The notes under the pieces: model-generated
The model's input: only the letters and a program-made list of their open reading frames with translations
The model's database searches: none
What the model was told of the DNA's origin: nothing
Translations under genes and position numbers: made by a program
Shown here: piece after piece, positions 37,199 to 48,218 of the stretch
Layout of the letters: each line of letters opens with the position of its first letter
Position numbering within the stretch: position 1 is the stretch's first letter
Assembly: GCA_900128565.1 (NCBI GenBank)
Contig: LT635922.1
Location: 1 to 51,380, forward strand
Source of the DNA: Stramenopiles sp. TOSAG23-6
Taxonomy: Eukaryota
Direction: 5' to 3'
Length of the DNA stretch: 51,380 bases

Positions 37199-40018
37199 CT
37201 ACATATGTACGCCACCACGATGAGCTAATTTTGGAGATGATGGGGGAGTAACCGCTTCAAGCCAATCTGTCGCAAGTTGTCGATCACTATCAGGATGTGT
37301 AATATGTACTCCAATCACAGCTTTGTAGCAGATACCTCTATGTGCATCTTCAAGGCCATCTGGAATTCTTTCCCAAAACGCATACATAGATATTCGTAGA
37401 TGTCTAATAGCTACAATTATATTACGTCCTACATTAGAAAATATAGATAACAATAAGTTAACAATGTATGTCTTTATCCTAACACCTATACGGAAGAGCA
37501 GCTGTGAAGGGAAAGAACATCGTAACAGACAGTTATAGCAGCAGTTGTGCTTTTTCTTCTCAACATTTTGATGTATAGGATGTTTTTTTGGTCTTTTATT
37601 TACGCTATTCATCTTTTCCTTTTTTTTACGACGTCTATACAAAAATACATTGAGAAAAACATAACACACAAAGCCAATGGTTCGTATAGAAAATAGCCAT
37701 AATATCAAAGAACAAATTGATGTAAAAATTCCTAATATTACAAGAGCAGTTGCAGTTACCTGAGGATCTGTCCAGGAAAAGATATTTTTTAGCCGCTCCA
37801 ATACAGTTGCTAGTTTTCCTGTGTATTTCTGTATACCTCCAAGAATTATTTTGTAGCGTTGAAATTTTTTTAATATATTTATTTCAGGTTGTTCGACTTC
37901 ATCTCTCCACATAGCTATATTTGGTTCATTAACAATGGAAGAGCTGCGAACATTTTCATTTGTTTCAATACTAGTTTTATTTTGGAGCGTTTCTTGAGAA
38001 GAAGCTGTCTCGATTGTTTGTTTTATATCGAAATTGTTGTTCTCACCACTGGTTGCAATAGTGTTCACATCATCGATATCATTCATAACATTATTATTTT
38101 TATCGTTGTCATCTCTTTCAGTTTGTTGTGATATTTGATCAACTGTTTCATCTACAAATTTAAAGTCACCAATTGCTCCCTGATACGCTGCAACGGTAGT
38201 TGTTATAGTATGCTGACGGGAAAGTTTTTTAGTTCTTGTACGAACACCGGCACAACATACACCTGTTGGTAAATGTACTGTACGATGTTTCACTCCTGTA
38301 CTTGCTGCTGTTACTCCGATCATGAATACTAAAGGCATTTGCCATATCTTGACAAAATAAAACATCAATCCAACAATAATCATTGCTATAGCTGAATGAA
38401 AGGGTCGTTTCCAAGAAAGAGTTTCTACGATTTTTACTATTAGTCGAGGAGATTGCTTCAGTGCTTTAAGTCTATATACATTACGTTTCAAAGCTGATTT
38501 ACTAAATCGATTAATTTCTTTTGTCATTTTTTCACTGATACTCTCTTCACTAATATTGTCAGTCTGAGTGTTAGTTGTTGTGTCTGTATCATCAACAGTT
38601 GCTTCCTTTACACTAGTACTTGATTTTTCAATAGTTTGTTCGGTTTCATCATTACAACGATCTATTTTTCGTATGTTTGATAATTTGTTTGAAAGTAAGT
38701 AACAATTTTCAATGGGTTCGTTCAGATGTAAACTAAAACCAAGTCGTAAGCAGCCTAAAGGCTTGTCAGGTCTATCTAGTCCAAATCCTATTCGTCGTTC
38801 TCTTGGAACAGCTGGATGATGCTTAGAAATAAAAGCTATTTCAGCCATCTCTTCAACATCTGTTGGAACATCATCATCCTGAACTTCGTCAACTTTATTG
38901 TGGCGAGATACTGGATGAGGAAATACACAAAACCAACGCCAAGTCAACTCTCTCAAAAAATTAGACGTGTCGGTATAATCAGTATACATTCTAGTACTCC
39001 TTTTTCTATAAGCAGGTAAACCGGAGGCATTTCTACGCCGAAGTCCAGTACGTTGTTTTGATTTTGTATCAGTCTTTACAATTATTTCAGAAGGATTTTC
39101 AGCAACTCTTGCATTATTAGCAACATAGTTTTGGGTAGTTGTACGTTTAGATTTGAGTAGAGTTAACCCTACACCTGCACCTAAAATACTTAAAGGCGAA
39201 GGCCAATGCCACTCATGCATCCAATATAGAGGAATGATAACACGACCAATACAAATGTCACCAGTAATTTTTCTTTTTTCATAAATATTTACATGTACAT
39301 CACTTGCTATATCAGTTACAGGAAGTTCAATCGTAGTATTCCACTTATGGCGCCTACCAGTGAATTCAATACGGTTTCGCTTTACAAAATTACTAGTCCC
39401 AGCCATTACATTTGTTTCACTGATGCTTTTACTATTTGGTCCACATTTATCTCCCTCAATTACAGGACTTTTATACACGTACGATGAAGTTTCAGCTCTA
39501 GTCTTACCGTAATTAATATCCCCTTGAGGTACAATACGAGCAACAAAATATACTGGACGTCTGCCACGTTTGATTACGTGACGACCTACGTGTAAGTTGA
39601 TACCTTCATCAACGACGAGTGTGACAACCCCAATGACTGGTGAATACTTCATGGTATCACTTGTTGACTTTATTAATTTATCAGTTTTAGTTTGGACACT
39701 GGATGGATCTCCCACAACGGGCATATCATAAATTTTCCCATTATTTGTTCTCCTATGTATTGAATGTAAACCGTTTTTATTCGAAGCATTTCTTACGCGC
39801 ACACTAGAAATATCTGGCGTTGGAGATTGTGTCACTTCACTTAGTTTTGGAAAATCTTTTTCATCTAAATTGGTTTCATCATTTAGACCACTTGACTCCC
39901 CTGGGCCTCGAGTAGAATTAGCAATGAACTTTTCTTTATTACCACCTGTACTCATCATCAGTCCACGAAAGAAATTTCTAACCATATCTCGTTTACGAGT
40001 GCGCGAGGGTTCAGTCAT
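37199..40018 (-). CDS. C2 plus C-terminal transmembrane (MCTP/PRT_C-like) protein
   Basis: C2-like region (PVTDIASDVHVNIYE...IGRVIIPL), LSWKRP followed by TM segments, LATVLERLKNIFSWTDP PRT_C motif. Confidence 0.8.
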   Translation of the reverse strand: MTEPSRTRKRDMVRNFFRGLMMSTGGNKEKFIANSTRGPGESSGLNDETNLDEKDFPKLSEVTQSPTPDISSVRVRNASNKNGLHSIHRRTNNGKIYDMPVVGDPSSVQTKTDKLIKSTSDTMKYSPVIGVVTLVVDEGINLHVGRHVIKRGRRPVYFVARIVPQGDINYGKTRAETSSYVYKSPVIEGDKCGPNSKSISETNVMAGTSNFVKRNRIEFTGRRHKWNTTIELPVTDIASDVHVNIYEKRKITGDICIGRVIIPLYWMHEWHWPSPLSILGAGVGLTLLKSKRTTTQNYVANNARVAENPSEIIVKTDTKSKQRTGLRRRNASGLPAYRKRSTRMYTDYTDTSNFLRELTWRWFCVFPHPVSRHNKVDEVQDDDVPTDVEEMAEIAFISKHHPAVPRERRIGFGLDRPDKPLGCLRLGFSLHLNEPIENCYLLSNKLSNIRKIDRCNDETEQTIEKSSTSVKEATVDDTDTTTNTQTDNISEESISEKMTKEINRFSKSALKRNVYRLKALKQSPRLIVKIVETLSWKRPFHSAIAMIIVGLMFYFVKIWQMPLVFMIGVTAASTGVKHRTVHLPTGVCCAGVRTRTKKLSRQHTITTTVAAYQGAIGDFKFVDETVDQISQQTERDDNDKNNNVMNDIDDVNTIATSGENNNFDIKQTIETASSQETLQNKTSIETNENVRSSSIVNEPNIAMWRDEVEQPEINILKKFQRYKIILGGIQKYTGKLATVLERLKNIFSWTDPQVTATALVILGIFTSICSLILWLFSIRTIGFVCYVFLNVFLYRRRKKKEKMNSVNKRPKKHPIHQNVEKKKHNCCYNCLLRCSFPSQLLFRIGVRIKTYIVNLLLSIFSNVGRNIIVAIRHLRISMYAFWERIPDGLEDAHRGICYKAVIGVHITHPDSDRQLATDWLEAVTPPSSPKLAHRGGVHM

Positions 40019-40480
40019 ACTATGCGCCTTTTTATTTTATTGGCTGTGGACTATGTTGAAGTTAAGGAAGCACAATGATTTTATTGTTATGCAGATGTAT
40101 TACATTCAAAGGCAAATAACAATCTGGGCAGAACAAACCGGGACAGGGTACTACAGTAACCTTATAGGTAAGGTACCCCTGCTGTATACAGCTGTCAGTA
40201 CGCTAGTACTAGTCAGTTTCGTATTTGGAATAAAAAATGTTGAATCCTACAGAAAATTTGGGTAAAAGCAAAAGATTATTTCTATTATTTCTATTAATTT
40301 GAGATCAGATTCTCTCAAAAGGTTTACGAAATATTTATTTTCTTTAATCTAATATTCAAAGCATAAAGCCTTCTTTCTAGGTAATATTCAATTCTTTTTC
40401 ATCTGGCTATTGAAACTAAAATACAAATTGGTCAAACCCTAGCCTAGTAAAAAATAAATTTGAAATTGCAATTTCTTTTA

Positions 40481-41406
40481 TTATCGGGAATTCCACTCAG
40501 GTTTCGTGTTTTTCGGTTCCCTTGTGTATCCAATTGATACATCATATCGAAGAGTTGGTTTCTTCTTCTTCTTCTTTTTAACTCTAGCTTTTGGACGTGG
40601 CCGAATTATACCAGAAGTTGCCCCCAATCCTGAAGAACGAACCTGTAATGTATATCGTATAACAATTTTGGAAAAATGAGAAAATGTTCTTGTGATATTT
40701 ATAAAATACTACAAAGGAAGAAACTTTTTTTGGTACTATAAAAAAATACATTTTGTAGTCGTTTTGCAATACGAGCATTTGCAGATGAAATATTTGAAGC
40801 TCGCTTCCTTCTGTTGATACTTTGACTGGATTTTTTCTTTCTCCGAGTACCTGCTGAGCTTAATCCTCCAAGACCTGAAGACCGTACATTATAGAGACGA
40901 TTAGCAATGAATTGGTTAGCTTCTCCAATTTGTTGCCGTCTTTTACGACGACCGATAGCATTGCTATGGACTTTTGACTTCTTTTCTACAGTATTTGTTA
41001 AAATTCTCTTTCTATGAGTCTTTGGATAGAACACGTTAGGGTTATATGTCTCTTCTTCTTCGTAGTCATCTACATCAAAGCTAGCGTCATCCTCTTGAGG
41101 TAAAGAGGGAAGAAAACTAGATTGACTACGACGAAATCTCTCAGGAGATCGACGCTGGGCAACAAGCGATGCAGCATTGCGCGCAGTCGGGGATAACGCT
41201 TTTAATTTTTGAGATTCTTCTATTGGCGGCTGTGTGGCACCACTTAACTTATCACTTGCCTGAGCTACAAAATCAAGCATAGCAGGTGTTAGTTCTTCTC
41301 CTCGGTCTATTTTTGCCATTATACCTTTGAGTACATCGTTCATTCTTTCAGCCTCTTCAAAGGCATTTGCATCTGACATATCGCTATCATCGTTATTATT
41401 GTCCAT
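40481..41406 (-). CDS. Uncharacterised basic protein; 2 exons (41406-40750, 40642-40481)
   Basis: Phase-0 intron 40749-40643 (GTATTT...TACAG). Splicing gives IAKRLQN-VRSSGLG, which repeats the upstream IANRLYNVRSSGLG motif. Confidence 0.75.
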
Positions 41407-41660
41407 GAATCGCGATACAAAAGATTTGAGACCTTTCAAGAATAAATGCAAAACAACGTAGATATCGATATTATTCCAACCTACTAAAGATTACGTAACG
41501 TGCCGACAGTTTCATTTTTTTCCATACTTCCATTTTCTCTTTAGGTAGTATAACTAGTACTAGGGCTATAGTTTTTTGACACGAATTGATTGGAACGAAT
41601 TGTTTGGAATTACGTTAAGCCAAAATACGATGTAGTATTAACAGCAGTCACTATAAAATA

Positions 41661-44483
41661 ATGAAACCTACAAAGAATTCATCAAGAAGTAGCATACCCA
41701 TCAGGGCAAACAAAGCACGAAGATCAAACCGGAAGAAAGGATTGTCAATTCAGGAACAACTCAAAAGATTTTCTGAATTAGGTGGTTCCAGAGCCAATTT
41801 GAGTAATGCAGACTTTCATAAAATTAGACTTGGTGATCCAGATGCACTCTCTCATGTAATGAATAATCGTCGAAATAAAAATCCACCAGATACAGCGTAC
41901 ATTAATACTGATCAAGATAGTGAAGACCCAGAAAAAAAAATAGCAGAGTTGACGGAAAACGAAACAAAAGAAAATCGACGTCGTCAGAGAGCAATACAGA
42001 AATTAACTGAAAATATTACTCAGCGAGATTTAGAAAAATGCCTTCAAAGCCAATTTCTAGCAGCAGACGTAGACAAAAGTGGAACTCTTGACAAAATATA
42101 TGTTATATATTCACAATCAATACTACAGTATTTCATAAAATCATTAATATTAATTTTTTTTTAATGGGTATATTTTAAATATTAAAGAGAATTGGGATGG
42201 TGCCTTGCAGCCGCAGGACTCCATTTAAGCAAGAATGAGATAGATATAATTGTCGCGGATGTTGATGTTGATGTTGATGGTCTGATAGATATTGAAGAGT
42301 TTATGCCTCTTTTTTTCAATATTCTTGTAGAAAAAACACTCAACGAATTACCAGATTCTGATGAGGATCCAGAGGTTGGTCAGATTCATTCTGAAATTCA
42401 AGAGATTAAGAAAATAACCAATCGGCCGTCGGAAGATAAAAACCAAACGAATAATAAAATCAGAGAGACAGTAAGTGGCTCATATTTCAGTAATGAAGGA
42501 AATAACACGACAACATTTCATGACTCACGAGAATCGCATAGCTTAGAAACATCAGGCGGCAATGTCGTTTCCAATAGTGTCGAAAATATTAATGCGCAAT
42601 CAATCTCAGAAACCTTTGAGTCGAAAATTAAACTATTGGTTGATCCTAAAAATGATGTTTCTCCCACAACAGGGATAAATGATGATAATGATGAACATGT
42701 AAAACAATTTGATGCGTGTAAACGGAAAGTGTTTCAGAAACAACAGCTTATTTTAAGGAGTAAGCAAAGTCTTAGATTCCAAAATTGTGTACGTAAACTT
42801 TTACTATCTGATTTAATATTCTGCCTTCGTAAATTAAACAAATTGATGCATAAAATTGCAAAATCAGCTTTTATACAAATAGCAGTAATAGATAATCAGT
42901 CAATTTTAAAACTAAAGAAGTCTTTAGTTGATGTTTCATCATCGGAGCATCGTTCGGTTTTCAAGGAGTGTGAAAATGAAATCGTTGCTGCTTGGGAACT
43001 TCATAAGATTCTTGCTGAAGTAAAAACTGAGATGACGACTGTCAACTCTACTTTGCTTAGGCTTCCACTTTCAATAAATGGGAATATTGGGAATAAGCTT
43101 CTTCCTGAATTTGATTTCCAGCAAATTCTTCATTTCGATGTGGAATCTGTTCTTCAGAACATTAAAAAGATTAAGAGCACATTGATATATATAGAAACAC
43201 AAACTATTCTATTAAAAAAGCGTCTGATAGGTTTGAAAGGAGTAGTTGAAAATTCTATCAGAAGTGAACGAATTCGACTTCGACCCGTGGTGTTATTCTT
43301 GAACTTTTTGAAGCGTAATGGATACACAGTGTTCGACTTTGTTGTACGTATTGAAGTGAAAGATAGTACACATGTTTCTTTCAAGGAAATGTCTAATTGT
43401 GTGAAAAGTTTCCTACAAGAAGAGGTAGAAAATTATAGTATTAAGCTTTTGTTTGATGCTTTTGGAAAGAATGTAACACTACGAAAAATATGCAAAACTT
43501 TGCAGATAATCGGAGCACAGGTTGTCTCTCTGCAAACAGATGAAAAAAGCATAACAGCTGCAAGCCGAATACAGAGAATCTTCAAAGTACGAAAAGCAAG
43601 ACGTGATTTTCAAAAGATTTATTCTCAAACAAAAGAAAAACTTGCGGCAGTTGTTCTTCAGGTAATGTACCATAATTGGCGGACGAAATATAGGATAAAA
43701 AACAGACTTATGCGGCGTTGTGCAACGCAGATTCAATCATTGTATCGTGGAATAGCAAGTAGAGGTAGAGTAAGTGGATTAAGGCTTGATAATATAGTAC
43801 AGAATTTACGGAAGCAAAAAAGGATCAAAAGCCAAGCATTTGAAAGTGATCGATATGACAACACCGTAATACGACCCGTTAAGAAGAAGTTTACAATGAA
43901 TAATGATATTGAAGCTTTAGATATACCCTATAGATTTATCGACGACCGTGCCGAAACTCCTTGGAATGTTCGGGAACACCGCAAGAGGCAGAACAGGATA
44001 TTCGAGGAGCATTTACCACCGTGGCAGAGATCGATGGAAAAGGTTGTTCCAGCAGTAGTTTCCCGATTATATAACCATCGTGATAGAGGTATGCCAGCTG
44101 AATGGCATGTTATCCAAGCTATTAATCTGAAAAAATGGGCGCATAATAAAAAGAATGTCGAGAATATCTCAAGAATAGACAGAGTTTCATTATTTGGGGT
44201 AAAAGAAAAAGAAATAGGCCGTGCTGCACGTACCAGGTTAGTGAATATGTGGAAAAGAAAATCTATAAAAAAATATTCTGATATGAAAAGATATGGTAAA
44301 GTTGTTAGGCGAAACCTTGATACTAAACCTTTTCAGAATGCGTACAAATTAAAGAGAGCCCCTTGTTTGAACAAACAGCAGAAAAATCGATCTTCGGATA
44401 ATGCAACAAAAGTGACAAAGGAGTCGAGGCGTTCTTTTGAACGCTCACGGAAAAAACGTCTTGAAAACCTCATTGATTTATGA
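41661..44483 (+). CDS. EF-hand plus IQ-motif protein; two same-frame ORFs joined across an intron of about 60-90 nt near 42098-42187
   Basis: EF-hand DVDKSGTLDK before the break, ELG...DVDVDGLIDIEEF after it; IQ motifs (AASRIQRIFK, CATQIQSLYRG). Donor site uncertain. Confidence 0.75.
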
Positions 44484-46471
44484 TGAAACATGCACAGATT
44501 GTTAACCAAGGCAATCCTTTATATTCATTCACCTAATAAATTAAATAACGCTATTTTGAGTTCACATAGAATCGAATATGATTATATATTGATGTATTGA
44601 AAAAGGAAATCAAAAATTATAGATTCAAGAGTTCCCTAAAGATGCTCAGTTGGATTGATAACATAAGAAAGAATCTTAATGTTTTTATCACGTTTTTATG
44701 AAGCCGGTGATTTTCCTTTTTCTACGAAGGTTTACGTTATCTTTTTTATGTACAGCAATCGAGCAAAAATATTTAATCTTTCTGTGTTTGAAATATTAAC
44801 TGTTTATAACCAAGATAGTCTATTCATGCATACAAGTTTGAACCTTTGGTGGAGTGTTTTCAAGATGGTTTGAAGCTAATTTCAACTGGATTTTCTGACA
44901 CCAACTCTCTCAATTATTTTGTAGACTGTAATATTATGCGATTGCAAGGTGAAAAAGACAACGTTAACAAATATTTGTTGGATATTATGTCGATCGATAC
45001 AAGAAACAATAAAATGGCGTCATACGCCACAAAAACCCAGTTGAGGATCGTGTCTTGTATGGCAAATAAGCAGAAAAGTCCATTTCCAAATCTAAAGCAC
45101 CTAGTTCAAACATTAGTTTCAACAATCCTAACATTAGTTTCAACAAAAACGTAATAGTTTCCTTTCAAGAAATTATCGCTAATTAACAAGCTTTCTATTT
45201 TTAATAAATGTCTGTCTGTAATATTCGTTCTCCCTTCCAATGATAAATAAACGGTGGCCCGACCTTCTTTCGTTAGACGTCCCTTTTTTTCTTTATTATG
45301 CCAATCTTATCATAAAAAAGTAGTTTAACAACAACAAAATCTACCTCAGTGCCGAGGACTAAGGGATGTTGATAATTGAGTAATTGAGGAGGAATTCACA
45401 GAATCATAAAATAAATTATTCTACTTAGTCACAAAGCCCTATTGCTCTATTAGACATAAACATTCCTCATAATTCATAAAGGATAATGGATGTAGATAAT
45501 GCTATGTGGGACATTAATATAGAGAACTTAAACTTTTGATTCAAGATATAACAATTTTTTGTTGCTTAAATGCAATTAAGATTACTTTTGAATCTGCCGC
45601 AGAGATATCACTAGTACAAAAATGTTTTCAACGTCACACTGCAATTTTTATCTAAGGCTTTTCTACATTAGCTTGATTTAGATATCATTCGTATCTGCAT
45701 AATATTATATGCATGATATCGATCAAATAATTAGATAAGGTTACACTTCGGTATTATTGGGTAACGCCAAGGAGTAACACGATGTCATTTCGTCTTTTTT
45801 AAGAGTCTCTTCAGTTAGGCGTTTAAATGAACTAAAATATTGAAGAACCATTGGGCTTGCGCCCCCTTGTTAAGGGATAACTTTTTACCCGCTACGCGGT
45901 GATACAGTAAAAAAAAGTTATAATTATTAATCTTCTCAAGTTAATTTAAAAACTTTAATTATTTATTATTCACATAAATATTTGATGATAAACGATATTT
46001 TTTTTGTTGGAACGGACCAAAAAATCGAGACAAAAATAAGTATAAGATGTTCATTTCTGGAGTATGTCACCTATCTCTTGAGATTTTTATGACATGCTTT
46101 TTTTTAAATTGTCCCAGACTAGGATCTTTCAATTTTTTTATATATTCCTTACACTCACTTCCGAAGATATACGAATTAGTGATGGAATCTTATGGGATCT
46201 TATGGAATTTATGAACGAGTTTTCATTTATTTCCATTTTTTTATAAAAATATAAACACGAAAAAAAAATTCTGAAAATAAGCCCGCTCCTATAAAAAAGA
46301 TACTCGCTCTCAGTCAAGAACAGACAGAGTCCTCTTGCGCGCTCAAACACAGTGACCAAACCCGTTTTATTTGTATTCTCTGAGGAACATTTTTAGACTT
46401 GAAACAAATTCAATCAAAAGCGCGTGCATTTTGCAACAATTAGAATCATTTTAGGCACTCTATAAAATAGA

Positions 46472-47116
46472 ATGGTCTATGATGCCGGAGGTGGAACCAC
46501 TGATGATTCAAACGCATCTTTTGGACATTGGGATGCTTTATGTGGCTACTCGTGTAACTTGAGTATGCTTCCTATTCTTTTCTTTTTCTTAATATGGAAT
46601 TCAGCGCTCGGAGCACCCATATCGGCGTCAATTATAGTTCCATCTCTTCGATGTACTTTAAATTGGAGACATTTAATGATATGTATTTGCCCACATTGGC
46701 TTGTCGGTTTTATCATACCTGTCTGGTATGGTGGTTTTGTTGGTAGTTTGTCATTTTTAATTCCTTATAGTGTGTTCATCTGGCGTAGTTTTCATATGGA
46801 AAATGCTGATCCAAATGGGGACTGTTTTGGGTGGAACCCTCAGAATGCTGATGATGAAGTTGTAGTTATTGAGGCACCAGCCGAGAATATTGAAGATCCA
46901 CCAGAAGATCCACCAGATATGTTGAAACAAGAACCTGAAGGTAATAGTGATGATATTGAGCTTGTTCAAGCTCAACGAATTAGGATGCTCGAAGCGCAAG
47001 TATTGGAACTACAGCAACAACAAGGTCAAGGTTTACCAAGTGTTGTTGTTGCAACTGCTACATATTCTGATACAGAGAGTAATTTGCCTCTTGCAGAAAG
47101 CACATTCTGTGAATGA
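46472..47116 (+). CDS. Small multi-pass membrane protein of unknown function
   Basis: 214-aa ATG ORF with hydrophobic N-terminal segments and an acidic C-terminal tail. Confidence 0.6.
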   Translation: MVYDAGGGTTDDSNASFGHWDALCGYSCNLSMLPILFFFLIWNSALGAPISASIIVPSLRCTLNWRHLMICICPHWLVGFIIPVWYGGFVGSLSFLIPYSVFIWRSFHMENADPNGDCFGWNPQNADDEVVVIEAPAENIEDPPEDPPDMLKQEPEGNSDDIELVQAQRIRMLEAQVLELQQQQGQGLPSVVVATATYSDTESNLPLAESTFCE

Positions 47117-47620
47117 ATAAAACCTTTTATCGTTTCTTTTTTCTATTTTTATAAAAAAAACATCAAATTAGATTGATGGCAAATTATCATTTTAATCTTG
47201 AAATCTTTATGATCAATCATTATTTAAATTGATATGTATTATAGATTTAGATGATTAAAAGTTTTAGATTTTTCAGAATATATCAATTGCCGCGCTGATT
47301 TTTTATTATAAGAAACGCCCGATTTGGGATATTAATTAAGGATATTGACACGAAATCCGTGCCAATATGTGTATAAGAAGTAACGATGTAGTAAAATGTC
47401 GACGGTCCTGAAATAAATAAAATGCATTGCTGGCAATTGAAATGGAACATTGAAACCGGATGTAAAGACGAATAAATGAACGAAAAGAGATTAATAAAGT
47501 ACCATATTTCGTGTTTTTCACACGTGGATGAGAGAATGGTTTGTTTGTGGTTGACCTGTACTACCTGTGTTTTTGCAATTATTCTTGAAGACTTATACAG
47601 TTGTCGTAGCTAATACAATA

Positions 47621-48142
47621 ATGTATCGTTGTAAGCATGTAATTGGGATTTTATTATTTAATACTCTATTTGTTGTGGGTAGAACAAGTGAGGTGAATAC
47701 TTCATTAATAGAAGCTTGTGGCGATTCAGATATGGAAAAAGTAGTCGAAGCGATTGGAAACGGAGCAAACGTTAATTCAGTGACTGATGCAGGAGAAACT
47801 CCTTTGCACGTTGCAGGTATTCATGGAAATGTTGAAATATTGAAGCTCTTGCTTTCAAAGGGAGCAAATGTAAATGCGAGGGCTACAAGTAAATCAAGTC
47901 TGTCGTATCAACCTCTTCATTGGTGGATTCACCCAGCTGGTGACAATACCAGCTATTTAGAGGGAGCAGAGCTTCTACTTGAAAATGGCGCTGATGTGAA
48001 TGCCATAGTTAAAAATGAGGAGGGTGTATTTCAAACAGCTGTTGACATTTGTTTGAGAATATCTGATATTCGCAATGATGCTTTAGTTATTCTTAAGAAA
48101 TATGGTGGTTTGTCATATTCTGAATTAAATCCTGAACTATAA
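47621..48142 (+). CDS. Ankyrin-repeat protein with a possible signal peptide
   Basis: GETPLHVAG...LLLSKGANVNA, LLLENGADVNA; hydrophobic leader after ATG 47621. Confidence 0.88.
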   Translation: MYRCKHVIGILLFNTLFVVGRTSEVNTSLIEACGDSDMEKVVEAIGNGANVNSVTDAGETPLHVAGIHGNVEILKLLLSKGANVNARATSKSSLSYQPLHWWIHPAGDNTSYLEGAELLLENGADVNAIVKNEEGVFQTAVDICLRISDIRNDALVILKKYGGLSYSELNPEL

Positions 48143-48218
48143 AAGGGACACTTAAAATTTTGGTTTATTTTTTTGATAGTGTTTGTGGTCGGGGATCTGT
48201 TTATCTTTGATACTTTCG

